The notes under the pieces: generated by a model
Seen by the model: only the letters and a program-made list of their open reading frames with translations
What the model was told of the DNA's origin: nothing
The model's database searches: none
Origin: an uncultured delta proteobacterium
GTDB lineage: Bacteria; Desulfobacterota; Desulfobacteria; Desulfobacterales; SG8-13
DNA length: 64,000 nt
Direction: 5' to 3'
NCBI GenBank assembly: GCA_963848135.1
Contig: CAWKCK010000005.1
Location: forward strand, 62,001-126,000
Made by a program: the position numbers and the translations under genes
In this document: one piece after another, positions 10,325 to 21,564 of the stretch
Layout: every line of letters begins with the position of its first letter
Position numbering within the stretch: the first letter of the stretch is position 1

Positions 10325-11116
10325 ATGGACCCGAGACCGACCGTCATTGTTACCGGTGCTTCACGGGGCATCGGTGCCGCTGTTGCCCGATGGCTTGGCT
10401 CAAAAGAAACGAATATAGCCATCGTCGCACGGTCTGAAAATGCCCTCCAGAACATCGCCTTAGAAATCCATGAGTTAGGCGGTACCGTTCTTGTTATTGC
10501 TGCAGATGTTGCCGATCCGGCCGCCTGCCGCAGCATCGTGAAACAAACACTCGACCGTTTTCAGGGTCTCAACGGACTTGTCAACAATGCCGGTATCCTG
10601 AAACCGATGGAAACTGTCGCCCATGCCCGTGCCGAGGACTGGCGTTACAATATCGCGGTTAACCTGCTCGGTCCGACCTACCTGAGCATGGCTGCCCTCC
10701 CGACGCTGAGGCGCAGCTGCGGTCGCATCATCAACATCAGCAGCGGTGCCGCTCACCACGTTATTGCCGCCGCCAGCGCCTACTGTGCCGCCAAGGCTGG
10801 GTTAAATCAATTTACGCGCGTGTTGGCAGCCGAAGAAAAGGCACTGACGATCATTGCCGTGCGTCCCGGCGTGGTGGACACTCAGATGCAGAAACTTCTC
10901 CGAGAGCTGGGCCCAGAAAAAATGCCGCCGGAACAAGCGGAATACTATTTAAACCTGAAAGCCACCGGCCGACTGGAACCGGCGGCAGTGCCGGCCCGAT
11001 CGATCGCTTGGATGGTGCTGCACGCTCCCCGAGAATGGAGTGGTGCTTTCATGAGTTACGACGAACCGCAAATCAGCGCACCAGCATTGGCGTTTTTCGG
11101 TAATCATAACGACTGA
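10325..11116 (+). CDS. Short-chain dehydrogenase/reductase
   Basis: TGASRGIG, NNAG, YCAAK. Confidence 0.93.
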   Translation: MDPRPTVIVTGASRGIGAAVARWLGSKETNIAIVARSENALQNIALEIHELGGTVLVIAADVADPAACRSIVKQTLDRFQGLNGLVNNAGILKPMETVAHARAEDWRYNIAVNLLGPTYLSMAALPTLRRSCGRIINISSGAAHHVIAAASAYCAAKAGLNQFTRVLAAEEKALTIIAVRPGVVDTQMQKLLRELGPEKMPPEQAEYYLNLKATGRLEPAAVPARSIAWMVLHAPREWSGAFMSYDEPQISAPALAFFGNHND

Positions 11117-11255
11117 AACCGGTCGACAGCTGTGGGGGTCAAAGGCGGTAGAATAAATATCTTCGAGATCGCCTCGAATCGATGTCACTGAGGGCCAATG
11201 GTCCGAATATTGCCGATATAAGATCCATCATCCACGTCTAACTTCGAGGGTTGAT

Positions 11256-12713
11256 ATGAACGATATTACCCGCAAGATTTTGGACCGCCTGGCGGAATTA
11301 AATCAAATTCCGCGCTGCTCGAAGCAGGAGGCACAAACTGCTGCCTGGCTTTCCCGTTGGGCAACGAATCTTAATTTTAAGATTCGCAGCGACGACGCCG
11401 GAAACCTATGCATTAAGGTGCCCGCCGCTGAAGGGTATGAAACAAGACCCAGTATCATCATCCAAGGGCATATGGATATGGTGTGTGAGAAGACACCGAC
11501 TTCAAAGCACAATTTTGCCAAAGACGCGGTTCGGCTGGTCCACCAAGGCGACTGGGTAACCGCCGATGAAACGACACTGGGCGCCGACAACGGCATTGCC
11601 CTGGCCATGGCCATGGTGCTCGCGGAAGATCCGCCCTGCGCGCATCCGCCCCTCGAATTATTGTTTACCGTGGACGAAGAATCGGGTCTAATCGGCGCAA
11701 AGGCCCTCGATCCTGACTTGATTGATGGCCGGATTCTGCTGAACCTCGATTCTGAAGACGAGGGTATTTTCACCGTCGGATGCGCCGGCGGTCAGGAGAC
11801 ACGCATTCACCTCCCGGTCAAACGCGAAGCCTTGCCGTCAGGACAACAACTCTGCGATCTGACGGTCAGCGGACTGCGAGGCGGACACTCGGGCATCGAT
11901 ATTCACAAACCGCGAGCCAGCGCCAATCGGCTTATGGCCCGCACGTTGGCAGCAATAGCGGCCACTGCCGGGATTCGGATGGTCTCGATGAAAGGCGGGA
12001 CCGTGCATAATGCCATCGCCAGAGACGCCGTCTGCAGATTCAGCGCGAAACGGCATGAGCAGGCCACACTCCAACAAGTCATCGATACCTGTAAAGTCAC
12101 CTATACAAACGAGCTGGGTGCCGGCGATCCGTCCCTTGATCTGTTTCTGGAACCATGTGACCCATCGTCCGCCAGTGTCACTGCCATGGGTGAATCTGAT
12201 ACCCAACAGGCCATTCGCCTACTGACGGCCCTGCCCCACGGTGTCGCCCGCATGTCGATCGAAATAGAGGGATTGGTGGAAACATCCAACAATCTTGCCA
12301 CGCTGGACTTTCCACCGTCACAACAGGGCCTGACCCTATTGTCGAGTCAGCGCAGTGCGGTTATGTCGAGGCTCTCCGAGCTTACCCTTTGCATCGAATC
12401 TATCGCCGGTCTGGCCGGCGCGACGACCTCGAATGAAAACAGCTACCCGGCCTGGGAGCCTAACATGTCCTCGCCGCTACTCGAACGCTGCAAGCGTGTC
12501 TATAAAAACCAGTTCGGAAAAAGCCCCGAAGTCAAAGCGATCCATGCCGGCCTGGAGTGCGGCCTGATTGGGGCCAAAAAGGAAGGGATGGACATGATTT
12601 CTTTTGGCCCGACGATCCGCTTTCCACACTCGCCAGGTGAAAAACTTTTTGTCCCCTCGATCGCCAGGGTTTGGATGTTTCTGATTCGACTCCTCGAATC
12701 TTTTACGGTCTGA
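11256..12713 (+). CDS. pepD: Aminoacyl-histidine dipeptidase (M20C)
   Basis: QGHMDMV, LGADNG, DEESG, NLDSE, GGHSG, HAGLECG, PHSP. Confidence 0.95.
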   Translation: MNDITRKILDRLAELNQIPRCSKQEAQTAAWLSRWATNLNFKIRSDDAGNLCIKVPAAEGYETRPSIIIQGHMDMVCEKTPTSKHNFAKDAVRLVHQGDWVTADETTLGADNGIALAMAMVLAEDPPCAHPPLELLFTVDEESGLIGAKALDPDLIDGRILLNLDSEDEGIFTVGCAGGQETRIHLPVKREALPSGQQLCDLTVSGLRGGHSGIDIHKPRASANRLMARTLAAIAATAGIRMVSMKGGTVHNAIARDAVCRFSAKRHEQATLQQVIDTCKVTYTNELGAGDPSLDLFLEPCDPSSASVTAMGESDTQQAIRLLTALPHGVARMSIEIEGLVETSNNLATLDFPPSQQGLTLLSSQRSAVMSRLSELTLCIESIAGLAGATTSNENSYPAWEPNMSSPLLERCKRVYKNQFGKSPEVKAIHAGLECGLIGAKKEGMDMISFGPTIRFPHSPGEKLFVPSIARVWMFLIRLLESFTV

Positions 12714-12862
12714 ATCGAATGGCATAGGTTTTATATTGCGGCACTTTCTCGCCGACCAGCTCCAATTTCCTGAATATGAGCAGCCGTATAAATTCATGCG
12801 TTAGCAGAAAACCAGGTGCTGGTTAGACACCAACTAGCACCCGAAACAAACCCGGAAGGCGC

Positions 12863-13135
12863 CTAAATCCATTCTAATTCAGCAATCAAAAAGTCAGCCA
12901 GACGATATCCCGGGAAATCCACAACCGGTTCTCCAGCCTTCAATCCATCGATCATCGCTACCTTATCGAATTTGAACTGCAAAATTTTACTGATGATCCT
13001 GCCGATCCGATCCTCCGGCAATTCGCAATAAACATTTTCAGCATAGGCGGTATATTTGTTCAGAAGTTCCATTCGATCGAGACAGTCCATTTGATTGATC
13101 TTTCGAATCAGAACTTTTTTCAATGCGGATTGCAA
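12863..13135 (-). CDS. Hypothetical protein
   Basis: AGGAGG RBS before TTG; sigma-54-like promoter upstream. Confidence 0.65.
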   Translation of the reverse strand: MQSALKKVLIRKINQMDCLDRMELLNKYTAYAENVYCELPEDRIGRIISKILQFKFDKVAMIDGLKAGEPVVDFPGYRLADFLIAELEWI

Positions 13136-13214
13136 AGCGATTCCTCCTGATATGGTGGTTCTTTCTATGCCTTAGAAACCGTCGCTCTTTACAAGCGGCT
13201 TGAACCTGTTTGTT

Positions 13215-13229
13215 TCAAGAGGTATGCCA
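13215..13229 (-). promoter_or_regulatory. Sigma-54-type promoter (-24/-12)
   Basis: Minus strand TGGCAT-ACCTC-TTGA, with an AT-rich tract upstream. Confidence 0.5.
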
Positions 13230-13432
13230 GACCATACAAATACAAATTTTGTATTATTTACAGTATTTTAAATATTTATTGAGTTGTGCGGGGGAGCAGA
13301 CTTCAGTATTTATATGAGTGATATGGCACAAAAATTTGAGGTTTTTACCCCAATTGTTGGAAAAAGGGGGGACTGAATAGAGGCGAAGGGCGGTTTGGTA
13401 ATTTGACAAATAGTTAAGGTTTCAATCGGATT

Positions 13433-13681
13433 TCAGGATGAACTGAAGAATCTGATATAAAGGGCGATGGAAAGATGCGCAATCATCCAAATCCAGCCGA
13501 TACACGCTAAAATAAACAACCACCAGAATCTTCGGGGTGTCCGGTAAATGAATCGCAAGAATAGCCCCATACCCATCGGCATGTGGGGAATCCGTCTGTC
13601 CCAGACCTTTTCGGACCTTCTTTCCGGACCATGGTAAGATTTCGTATTTACTGGTTTAACTGACTCGCTTCCGTCAATCAT
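13433..13681 (-). CDS. Small membrane protein with ERR/DRR motif
   Basis: YHGPERRSEKVWDRR followed by a hydrophobic helix. Confidence 0.55.
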   Translation of the reverse strand: MIDGSESVKPVNTKSYHGPERRSEKVWDRRIPHMPMGMGLFLRFIYRTPRRFWWLFILACIGWIWMIAHLSIALYIRFFSSS

Positions 13682-14144
13682 CGACCGTGTCCCCGCTTCA
13701 TTTAAGCAACAGCGTCAAAAAGATCCCCAAACATCGTCTACGGCAGAATAGACCAATCGATTCAGCTGCGCTGAATCGATTATTTAAGAGACACAAATTT
13801 TATTATTTATCATATTTTCATCCTTTTTTCCAGCCTGTTTGTTCTTACATGACCGCAGATCAATATAGACAGGCCGATTGCGCGACACTGTTAATTGGAT
13901 GCGTGAGATTTGCAGACCGAACCGTTTCATGCTAAAATTTTCATCCAAAACAAATTCAACCGGGTAATGTAAATGGTCATAATCGCCGGCAAGACAGGAC
14001 TATATCTTATGGAAAGGCAGAGTTGATGAGTATTAAATAACTTTTTCAAAAATGATTTTATTACCATATTGTTAAGCACAATCGTTTGCAACAGCCTTTT
14101 ATATCGCCCTGTTTCTCAATCTACTTTTGCTCTGGAAAAAATCG

Positions 14145-14819
14145 ATGCTTAAAAAAAGAACCCTCGGTGTCCTTGCCCTCACTTTCCTGCTCTTTTTTGC
14201 CACCGCAGCCCATGCTGACTTCGAGTCACAGGTCATCGAGCTTGTCAACGCCGAGCGGGCGGCCAACAATCTGCCGCCTCTCCAATACAACGAGGAATTG
14301 ACTGTTGCGGCGCGATTGCACTCCCAGGACATGGGGGATAACAACTACTTCAGCCACACCAGCCAGGATGGCCGCGCATTTAACGAGCGTATTCTCGAAG
14401 CCGGCTATGACTACGCCGCTGGCGGCGAGAACATCGCCGCCGGGTACTCGACCCCAGAGGCTGTGGTCGCTGGATGGATGGACAGCGATGGACACCGTGC
14501 GAATATACTAAGTCCCGATTATTGTGACATCGGCGTCGGCTATGCCACCGTGACTGGAAGTCAATATTATCACTACTGGACCCAGGATTTTGGTCGCCGC
14601 AGCGGCGTGACCCAATGTCCCTTGCCGGTTGCCACTGCCCCCGGGACATCAACAGCGCCCCTCACCCAATCGAAGGGTGGAGGTGGCGGTGGTTGCTTCA
14701 TCGTATCAACCGACCCAAACGTCAGCCAAATGACTTTACAATTCCGCGTTTTAATGATTGGATTCCTATCGTTCTTAGTCGCTTTTTTCCTCGGTTTGTT
14801 GAACAATAAAAACGCCTGA
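14145..14819 (+). CDS. CAP (SCP) domain exported protein with Gly-rich/CFI C-terminal motif
   Basis: Signal peptide; LVNAER, FSH, GENIA, WMDSDGHRANIL; GGGGGGCFI plus TM helix. Confidence 0.9.
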   Translation: MLKKRTLGVLALTFLLFFATAAHADFESQVIELVNAERAANNLPPLQYNEELTVAARLHSQDMGDNNYFSHTSQDGRAFNERILEAGYDYAAGGENIAAGYSTPEAVVAGWMDSDGHRANILSPDYCDIGVGYATVTGSQYYHYWTQDFGRRSGVTQCPLPVATAPGTSTAPLTQSKGGGGGGCFIVSTDPNVSQMTLQFRVLMIGFLSFLVAFFLGLLNNKNA

Positions 14820-15432
14820 ATGGCTGACACAAACAATGGACAATCACCATTCCGCAGTCCATGTCCGATCTGGACGGGATCATCACGGCGGCCACGTGCG
14901 TCATTACCAAACCCCGTGACCGTCAATCTTCCTGAATTTGTGGTTGACAATTTTGCTTTTGGCTTCCAATTTATAAGGACGCCAATATATACACCCCTAT
15001 CCCAAACTTTTCATGGCTATTTTTTATCCAAAGGATGTACCGCCGGCGACCTTTATCAGGGTGTTGAAAATCGTCATGAGCGCCGGCAAGACAAGGCAAA
15101 ATCCGACACTAAAGCGGAGTTTATGTGTGATAAATGAGCATTTTCGCTGAAACGGGGGCAGGGCCCCGCGGTTCAGCCATTAACGCCGCATTGTCAAGCG
15201 CAATAGTTTTTCATCAGCCTTTTAAGACGTTATCGGCCAATTGCGGTACCAAAGGTCAGCGGCGCTCCAGAATACCCCGTTTTTCGGGATAACACACCTA
15301 ATTTTATTCGCTTAATGTGCGCGCCTTTCAAACGACCGGAGGCAATTCGTGAAAAATACGGGATAGCCCAATTGATTGACGGCGAAAAAACCTCTCGTTA
15401 ACTTCAATAATCCTGGAAAGGGGAATTAAGAA

Positions 15433-16419
15433 ATGGTTGATTTGGCAACAGAATACATTGGCATGAAATTGAAGAACCCAATTATTGCCGGCAGTTCAGG
15501 CTTGAGCGGATCGGTGAAAGGTGTAGTGGAGCTCGCAGAAGGCGGCGCCGCCGCCGTGGTCTTGAAGTCTATATTTGAAGAAGAAATCATGCTTGAATAC
15601 GAAGATATCATGCGGGAAGCCAGTGACGAAGGTGTAAATCTCGATCAATTTGACTACTTTGACTTAGACCTAAAAAGCAACCGGATCAAAAAATACACGG
15701 ATTTGATTTCAGAAAGCAAAAAAATCGTCTCGATTCCCGTCATTGCAAGCATCAATTGCGTTTTTTCGCATGAATGGACGTCATTCGCCAAGCAATTACA
15801 GGATGCCGGTGCCGATGCCTTGGAGTTGAATATGTTTTTTTTACCCTCGGATTTCGATCGCACGGTGGAAGAAAAGGAACAAGCTTATTTTCAAATAATT
15901 GAGAAAGTCCAGAAAGAAATCTCAATTCCAATCGCATTGAAAATAAGCCACTACTTCTCCAATCTGGGACCGATGATCCAACAACTTTCCGCGACCGGCA
16001 TCTCCGGGTTGGTCTTGTTCAACCGGTTCTACAGCCCGGATTTCGACATCGATAAGTTCGAAGTCATATCCTCCAATGTTTTCAGCAAACCTTCGGACCT
16101 TTCGATTTCCCTGCGATGGATCGCGATTATGGCCCAACGGGTCAATTGCGATCTGGCCGCTTCGACAGGTGTTCACGATGGCATTGCCCTCATCAAACAG
16201 ATCTTGGCCGGTGCCAATGCCGTCCAGGTGGTTTCCACCCTCTACCAGAACGGCAAGGGGCAGATTGGAAAAATGCTCGAAACCCTGGAAGGATGGATGG
16301 AGCAAAAAAATTTCAACAGTCTGAGTGATTTCAGGGGCAAGATGAGCCAGGCCAAAAGCAGCGACCCGGCCGCCTATGAGCGCATGCAGTTCATGAAGCA
16401 CTTTGGCAGTGTCCACTGA
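15433..16419 (+). CDS. Dihydroorotate dehydrogenase-like FMN protein
   Basis: LKNPII, VLKSIFEE, DALELN, LFNRFY, ASTGVH. Confidence 0.88.
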   Translation: MVDLATEYIGMKLKNPIIAGSSGLSGSVKGVVELAEGGAAAVVLKSIFEEEIMLEYEDIMREASDEGVNLDQFDYFDLDLKSNRIKKYTDLISESKKIVSIPVIASINCVFSHEWTSFAKQLQDAGADALELNMFFLPSDFDRTVEEKEQAYFQIIEKVQKEISIPIALKISHYFSNLGPMIQQLSATGISGLVLFNRFYSPDFDIDKFEVISSNVFSKPSDLSISLRWIAIMAQRVNCDLAASTGVHDGIALIKQILAGANAVQVVSTLYQNGKGQIGKMLETLEGWMEQKNFNSLSDFRGKMSQAKSSDPAAYERMQFMKHFGSVH

Positions 16420-16472
16420 CAATGATACGAAGATCACTATACCGGTGAGTATTGCCTATCGGAAGATATCGG

Positions 16473-16946
16473 TTACATTTTACCGATATACTGCCCCCGG
16501 TAATCAATCGTCGTGAGCGGATCGGTGCCGGAGGCGACTGTGGCGTTAACCACCTGACCGATGAAAATGGTATGGTTGCCGGGCGCGATGCTCGTGTTAA
16601 TTTCGCACTCGAAACAGGCGGCACAATCGGGCAAAATCGGGCAACCGGTCAATCCAGGTTGCCAGTTTGTCCCGGAGAACTTTAATTCGGGATCAGATCC
16701 CATGAATTTCGAAACCAGTTCCCGCTGGCCTTTCCCGAGCACGTGCAAAGCAAAACAGCCGCTGTCTTTGACGAGTCGATGGGAAAATCGGTTTTTGTGA
16801 ACAGCCACGGCAATCAATGGCGGCGCGAAGGATACCTGAGACACCCAGGAAGCGATCATGCCATTTATCCGGCTCTCGAGAGCCGTGGTTAGAATATAAA
16901 TGCCGTAAGTCATCGATCCAAATGCATGCAGCCATTCCGTGTTCAT
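16473..16946 (-). CDS. Flavin reductase family protein
   Basis: YGIYILT, SWVSQVSF.PP, GNHTIFIG. Confidence 0.9.
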   Translation of the reverse strand: MNTEWLHAFGSMTYGIYILTTALESRINGMIASWVSQVSFAPPLIAVAVHKNRFSHRLVKDSGCFALHVLGKGQRELVSKFMGSDPELKFSGTNWQPGLTGCPILPDCAACFECEINTSIAPGNHTIFIGQVVNATVASGTDPLTTIDYRGQYIGKM

Positions 16947-17002
16947 TCGACACCTGCCTTGGGTAACCGTTTCAAGATGTTGGTGACCATCCCCAATCTT
17001 CT

Positions 17003-17165
17003 ACCTAATTTGAGCGATTGTCGAGGTTGCCGCAGATACAAGGAAGATGCCATTCCGCTATAGTCAGCTATGCGGAATGGCATATGACGCCGTAGGTGCG
17101 GCAAGATCGGCAATCCTGAAGGGTTTCAAATTTTAAATTTAAAATTTGAAACGCTCACTTTAGGT
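17003..17165 (+). mobile_element. MITE-like repeat family A, copy 2 (163 bp)
   Basis: Same ends and body; contains the perfect palindrome GTTTCAAATTTTAAATTTAAAATTTGAAAC. Confidence 0.92.
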
Positions 17166-17648
17166 TCTATTTTCATTACCCGATATTTGACTATCCGTAA
17201 AGCATCAAATTCGAATTTAGCGTCAGACACCATTGCGGTTAAGAGCATTACAATGACACAAGCGAACTACGATATTCTTCCCGGGAGCCGTTTCTGCGCC
17301 AAGAGAAGCGTCTATTTTTGTTGCTTTCGCAACGCCCGACCGTTATGATATCCGCCAAACGAACACCCCTATCCTCATCCATGGGGCAGCCGGCCATGAC
17401 ACGAGAAGTTATCTCAAAATCAGGATTTTCGGTCGATATCAAGGCCAGGCCGAGGATCCCCGCTACGCGGGATTTCCCATCCGATCCAACACAGTATGTG
17501 GGTCACAACCCGCAGACAGACTCAAGTATTTAGAGGGCTTGAGACTAAGGTTCAACGCCGATGCCGGGTGAAATGACTTTCTTCGATGGCTTCTATTAGA
17601 AACCCGGAAGGCCAAATATACCCACCACCGCATGCCTCAGGAGGTCCC

Positions 17649-20096
17649 ATGCACACCGATATGCCATCCGTCACTTACCTTCCGGAACGATTGATTGAAG
17701 ACATTCGGCACCACATTATGTCCTACATGGGTAACGACTTCATGCCTCCACGCAAAGACACCTATTATCACGGGCTCTCCTTGAGCATTCGGGACCGACT
17801 TATCGAACGGTGGCTGAAAACACAAAGAGCGGTCAATGACCAACGCGCCAAACGGGTCTATTACCTGTCCATGGAGTTTTTGCCCGGTCGCTTTTTGATC
17901 AACAATATTCTGAAACTGGGCATGCAGGATATCTGCCGGCAAACCCTTGAAAGTGTCGGTCTGGATCTGGAAGAAATCGAGGAAGAAGAATGGGATCCCG
18001 GGCTGGGTAACGGGGGTCTCGGGCGGCTGGCGTCCTGTTTTCTCGATTCCATGGCAACCTTGGGAATACCCGGATACGGCTGCGGCATCCGTTATGACTA
18101 CGGCATTTTCTACCAGGAAATTGTGGACGGATACCAGGTTGAGAGTGCCGACAGTTGGATCAGAACCGGCAGCCCATGGGAAATCAAACGACCGGGTTAC
18201 TTGTACAAGGTTCAGTTCTACGGACGAACGGAATCTTACACCGACGATCGCGGCACAACACGTTACCACTGGGTGGACACCGACAATGTCATGGCCATGG
18301 CCTGTGATTTTCTGATCCCCGGCCACGGTAATCGGAATTCCAACAATATGCGGGTGTGGCAGGCCATGTCCAGCCGTGAATTCAACCTCCAGGAATTCAA
18401 TGAGGGCGACTACATCGGTGCAGTGGAATCAAAGGTTCTCAGTGAAACCATTTCCAAAGTGCTCTATCCGCGTGATGAGAGTTTTGCCGGTAAAGAATTG
18501 CGGCTCAAGCAGCAGTATTTTTTCGTGTCGGCGACGTTTCAAGACATCATTCGGCGTTTCAAGCGATTATATTCCGATTTCAACGAGTTGCCGGAAGCCG
18601 TGGCCATCCAACTCAACGACACCCACCCGAGCATCGGCATTCCCGAATTGATGAGGATCCTGCTGGACGAAGAAGGATTGGATTGGAATTCGGCCTGGAA
18701 TATCGGCATCCAGTGTTTTGCCTATACGAACCACACCGTCATGCCAGAAGCCTTGGAAACCTGGCCGGTGGACCTTCTGGACCGGGTCCTGCCGCGGCAC
18801 ATGGCGATCATCACTGAAATCGACCGACGGTTTACGGACGAGATCGAAACTCGACATCCCGGTGATAGCGAATCCCAAACACGTATGGCTATCATCAAGG
18901 ATGGCACCGTCAGAATGGCCCACTTGGCAATCGTCGGCAGCCACTCGGTCAACGGGGTCTCCAAGCTGCATTCCCGCATCATCAAGGATCATCTTTTCAA
19001 GGACTTCGATGCATACTATCCAGGAAAATTCAAGAACATCACCAATGGCATCACCCCCCGCCGGTGGCTTCTGCAGGCCAATCCGGCCCTTACGGACCTC
19101 ATTACCTCGCGTATCGGCAACGACTGGATTTATGACCTCGATCGCCTGAACGAATTGGTGCCGCTGACCGAAGATGATGCGTTTGTAAGAAAATGGATCG
19201 AAGTCAAGCGGATCAACAAGCAGCGTCTGGTTGACTACATTCAGCGGAAAGTCGGCCTGGCCGTTGCCATTGATACACTCTTTGACGCTCAAGTCAAACG
19301 GATCCATGAATACAAGCGTCAGCTGCTGAATGTCCTCCATGTGATAACCCTTTACAATCGCCTGAAGACCCAAACGTCCGGCAGCCCGGTCCCCCGGACG
19401 ATCATCTTCGGTGGTAAAGCGGCTCCAGGGTATTTTCTGGCCAAACTGATCATCAAATTGATCAACGCCGTGGCCCAGGTTGCTAACAATGATGATAGCG
19501 TTTCTGAGTCCCTTAAAGTCATTTTTCTCCCGAACTATTGCGTGTCCCAAGCGGAGAAAATCATCCCGGCAGCCGACTTGTCCGAACAGATTTCCACTGC
19601 CGGCATGGAGGCCTCTGGAACCGGCAACATGAAATTCGCCCTCAACGGCGCCCTGACCATCGGAACTCTGGATGGCGCCAATGTGGAAATTATGGAAGCG
19701 GTCGGCTCGGAAAATATTTTCATCTTCGGACTGCGGACAGAAGAGGTGGTCGCTTTACGCGACAGTGGATACACGCCCCGAAGCTATTATGAAAGGGACG
19801 TCGAGCTGAAAACTGCACTGGATATGATTGCCGGCGGTGCCTTCTCGCCGCAGCAACCCGACCTTTTCACACCCATCATTGATTCTCTGCTGAATCAGGG
19901 CGATAAGTACATGGTACTGGCCGACTATCGCGCCTACATCGAAACCCAGGAACGCGTCAGCCGGCTATATCACCAGCCCGAGGAATGGGCCCGCAAGGCG
20001 ATCCTCAACACCGCCCGCATGGGCAAATTTTCGAGTGACCGTGCCGTGAAGGAGTATGCAGAGAGGATCTGGAAAGTGAAACCGGTTAATGTGTAA
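17649..20096 (+). CDS. glgP: Glycogen/alpha-glucan phosphorylase
   Basis: GLGNGGLGRLA, QLNDTHP, KRIHEYKRQ, EASGTGNMK; AGGAGG RBS before 17649. Confidence 0.97.
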   Translation: MHTDMPSVTYLPERLIEDIRHHIMSYMGNDFMPPRKDTYYHGLSLSIRDRLIERWLKTQRAVNDQRAKRVYYLSMEFLPGRFLINNILKLGMQDICRQTLESVGLDLEEIEEEEWDPGLGNGGLGRLASCFLDSMATLGIPGYGCGIRYDYGIFYQEIVDGYQVESADSWIRTGSPWEIKRPGYLYKVQFYGRTESYTDDRGTTRYHWVDTDNVMAMACDFLIPGHGNRNSNNMRVWQAMSSREFNLQEFNEGDYIGAVESKVLSETISKVLYPRDESFAGKELRLKQQYFFVSATFQDIIRRFKRLYSDFNELPEAVAIQLNDTHPSIGIPELMRILLDEEGLDWNSAWNIGIQCFAYTNHTVMPEALETWPVDLLDRVLPRHMAIITEIDRRFTDEIETRHPGDSESQTRMAIIKDGTVRMAHLAIVGSHSVNGVSKLHSRIIKDHLFKDFDAYYPGKFKNITNGITPRRWLLQANPALTDLITSRIGNDWIYDLDRLNELVPLTEDDAFVRKWIEVKRINKQRLVDYIQRKVGLAVAIDTLFDAQVKRIHEYKRQLLNVLHVITLYNRLKTQTSGSPVPRTIIFGGKAAPGYFLAKLIIKLINAVAQVANNDDSVSESLKVIFLPNYCVSQAEKIIPAADLSEQISTAGMEASGTGNMKFALNGALTIGTLDGANVEIMEAVGSENIFIFGLRTEEVVALRDSGYTPRSYYERDVELKTALDMIAGGAFSPQQPDLFTPIIDSLLNQGDKYMVLADYRAYIETQERVSRLYHQPEEWARKAILNTARMGKFSSDRAVKEYAERIWKVKPVNV

Positions 20097-20164
20097 TCAC
20101 CGTCTAAGGCGTCTGACTTAACCTGAAATCGTTTTACAAACACCGCTATGAAAGGAGCCGGATT

Positions 20165-20566
20165 TTGGGCACCCAAATCACAGTGCAAGTTAATCAGGCA
20201 GGCCCCTCGGCCTCCGAGGGGCTTTCAAGAACCCACAGAATTCGCATGGACCGCCCTGAAGCCAAAGGGGGTGAAAATCGAGGGCCGATGGGGGGTGAGG
20301 TATTGCTGATGAGTCTGGGCGGGTGTTTCATGAGCAATCTTCTGGCTGCAGCGGCCGCCCGCAATACCGACATCACCAACGTTCAGCTGTCCATCAGCGG
20401 CAATCTGGAAAATTCTCCCCCGCGTTATTCGGCGGTAGAGGTTTCCGTATCCGCGCAATACGCTGCAAGGGAGGAAATGGAAAAATTAATTACCATTGCC
20501 GAACGTGGCTGTATTGTCGCCAACACCCTGAAAGAAGCCGTAGACTTGAAGATACAGCTGAAATAA
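20165..20566 (+). CDS. OsmC-family protein
   Basis: GGENRGP..E.L..SLGGC and ERGCIVANTL; AAAGGAG RBS before TTG. Confidence 0.88.
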   Translation: MGTQITVQVNQAGPSASEGLSRTHRIRMDRPEAKGGENRGPMGGEVLLMSLGGCFMSNLLAAAAARNTDITNVQLSISGNLENSPPRYSAVEVSVSAQYAAREEMEKLITIAERGCIVANTLKEAVDLKIQLK

Positions 20567-20594
20567 AAAGTGGAAATTGATCGGCGGCGGGTAA

Positions 20595-21110
20595 CTAAGG
20601 ATCCAATCGGGCGCTGACTTCGCGCACCAACTGCTGATGGCGTTGATTCTGCGGATCAGCGTCCAGGGCCTGTTTACCCCAGTCGGCGGCGTTCTCCCAG
20701 TCTTCCAACTGCCGATAGTTTTCGGCAATGGCAAAAAGCAGGTCCTTTCGTGGCGCCCTCCGCAGCCGGTCCGGGACTTTGAGCAGCTTAACGAAATCGG
20801 ATATGGCCAAATGGTGCTGCCGGGTTACGGTGTAGCAACTTCCGCGGCCGATCAGACTCTCTTCATCGTTCGGGTCAACAGCCAACGCACGGCAATAATG
20901 CATGATGGCGGTATCGATCCGGTTTTCTATCTCGCTTATTTTCCCCAAATAAAAATGAGGATTGTCCCCATCCGGATGCCGGTAGGCGGGATCGCGCTCA
21001 ATGACTTGCTCCATTGCGCGAACGGTGCCCACCCCATCAGGCATGTTGAAGCACTTCCGTCCCTGTTCGAACCACTCGCCAGCCGTCTGTGGTAATTGTT
21101 TTTCGGACAT
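20595..21110 (-). CDS. TPR protein
   Basis: TPR-like helical repeats. Confidence 0.8.
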   Translation of the reverse strand: MSEKQLPQTAGEWFEQGRKCFNMPDGVGTVRAMEQVIERDPAYRHPDGDNPHFYLGKISEIENRIDTAIMHYCRALAVDPNDEESLIGRGSCYTVTRQHHLAISDFVKLLKVPDRLRRAPRKDLLFAIAENYRQLEDWENAADWGKQALDADPQNQRHQQLVREVSARLDP

Positions 21111-21564
21111 ACCAATTCCTTATGAATTATTTCTAAAAAGAGCCAATGGCATCCCATAATTGAAACACAAGTGATCCGTCTTTTCAACTACAAGAATGTG
21201 TGCCTGCGGTGCAGGCACTTACCAATGCCACTATAGTGGCACGTTTTCGATGGTAATAGCCAGAATTCGATTCGTTTATCTTCCGTTTGAGGTTGAAAAA
21301 CTGATCCGGCGTGCATAGCCTGATACAGACGGCAAATAACCGCCCCTTTTAGAATCTATGCTTATCATTGTTTTATACAAGCGAAGTTTTCATACGGGTG
21401 TCTGGCCTGGCCAGAAGGCCTTAGCGACAAGAAAAGAGATTCACTATGAGAATAATCGTTATCGGCGTGTATGTTAATAATGAGTAAACCCGTAACTGCC
21501 CTTTCCCGGAGGGCGGTCACCATTCCTTTAGCCCGAACGTTCCTCCCCCGGGCCAGGAGGTGTC

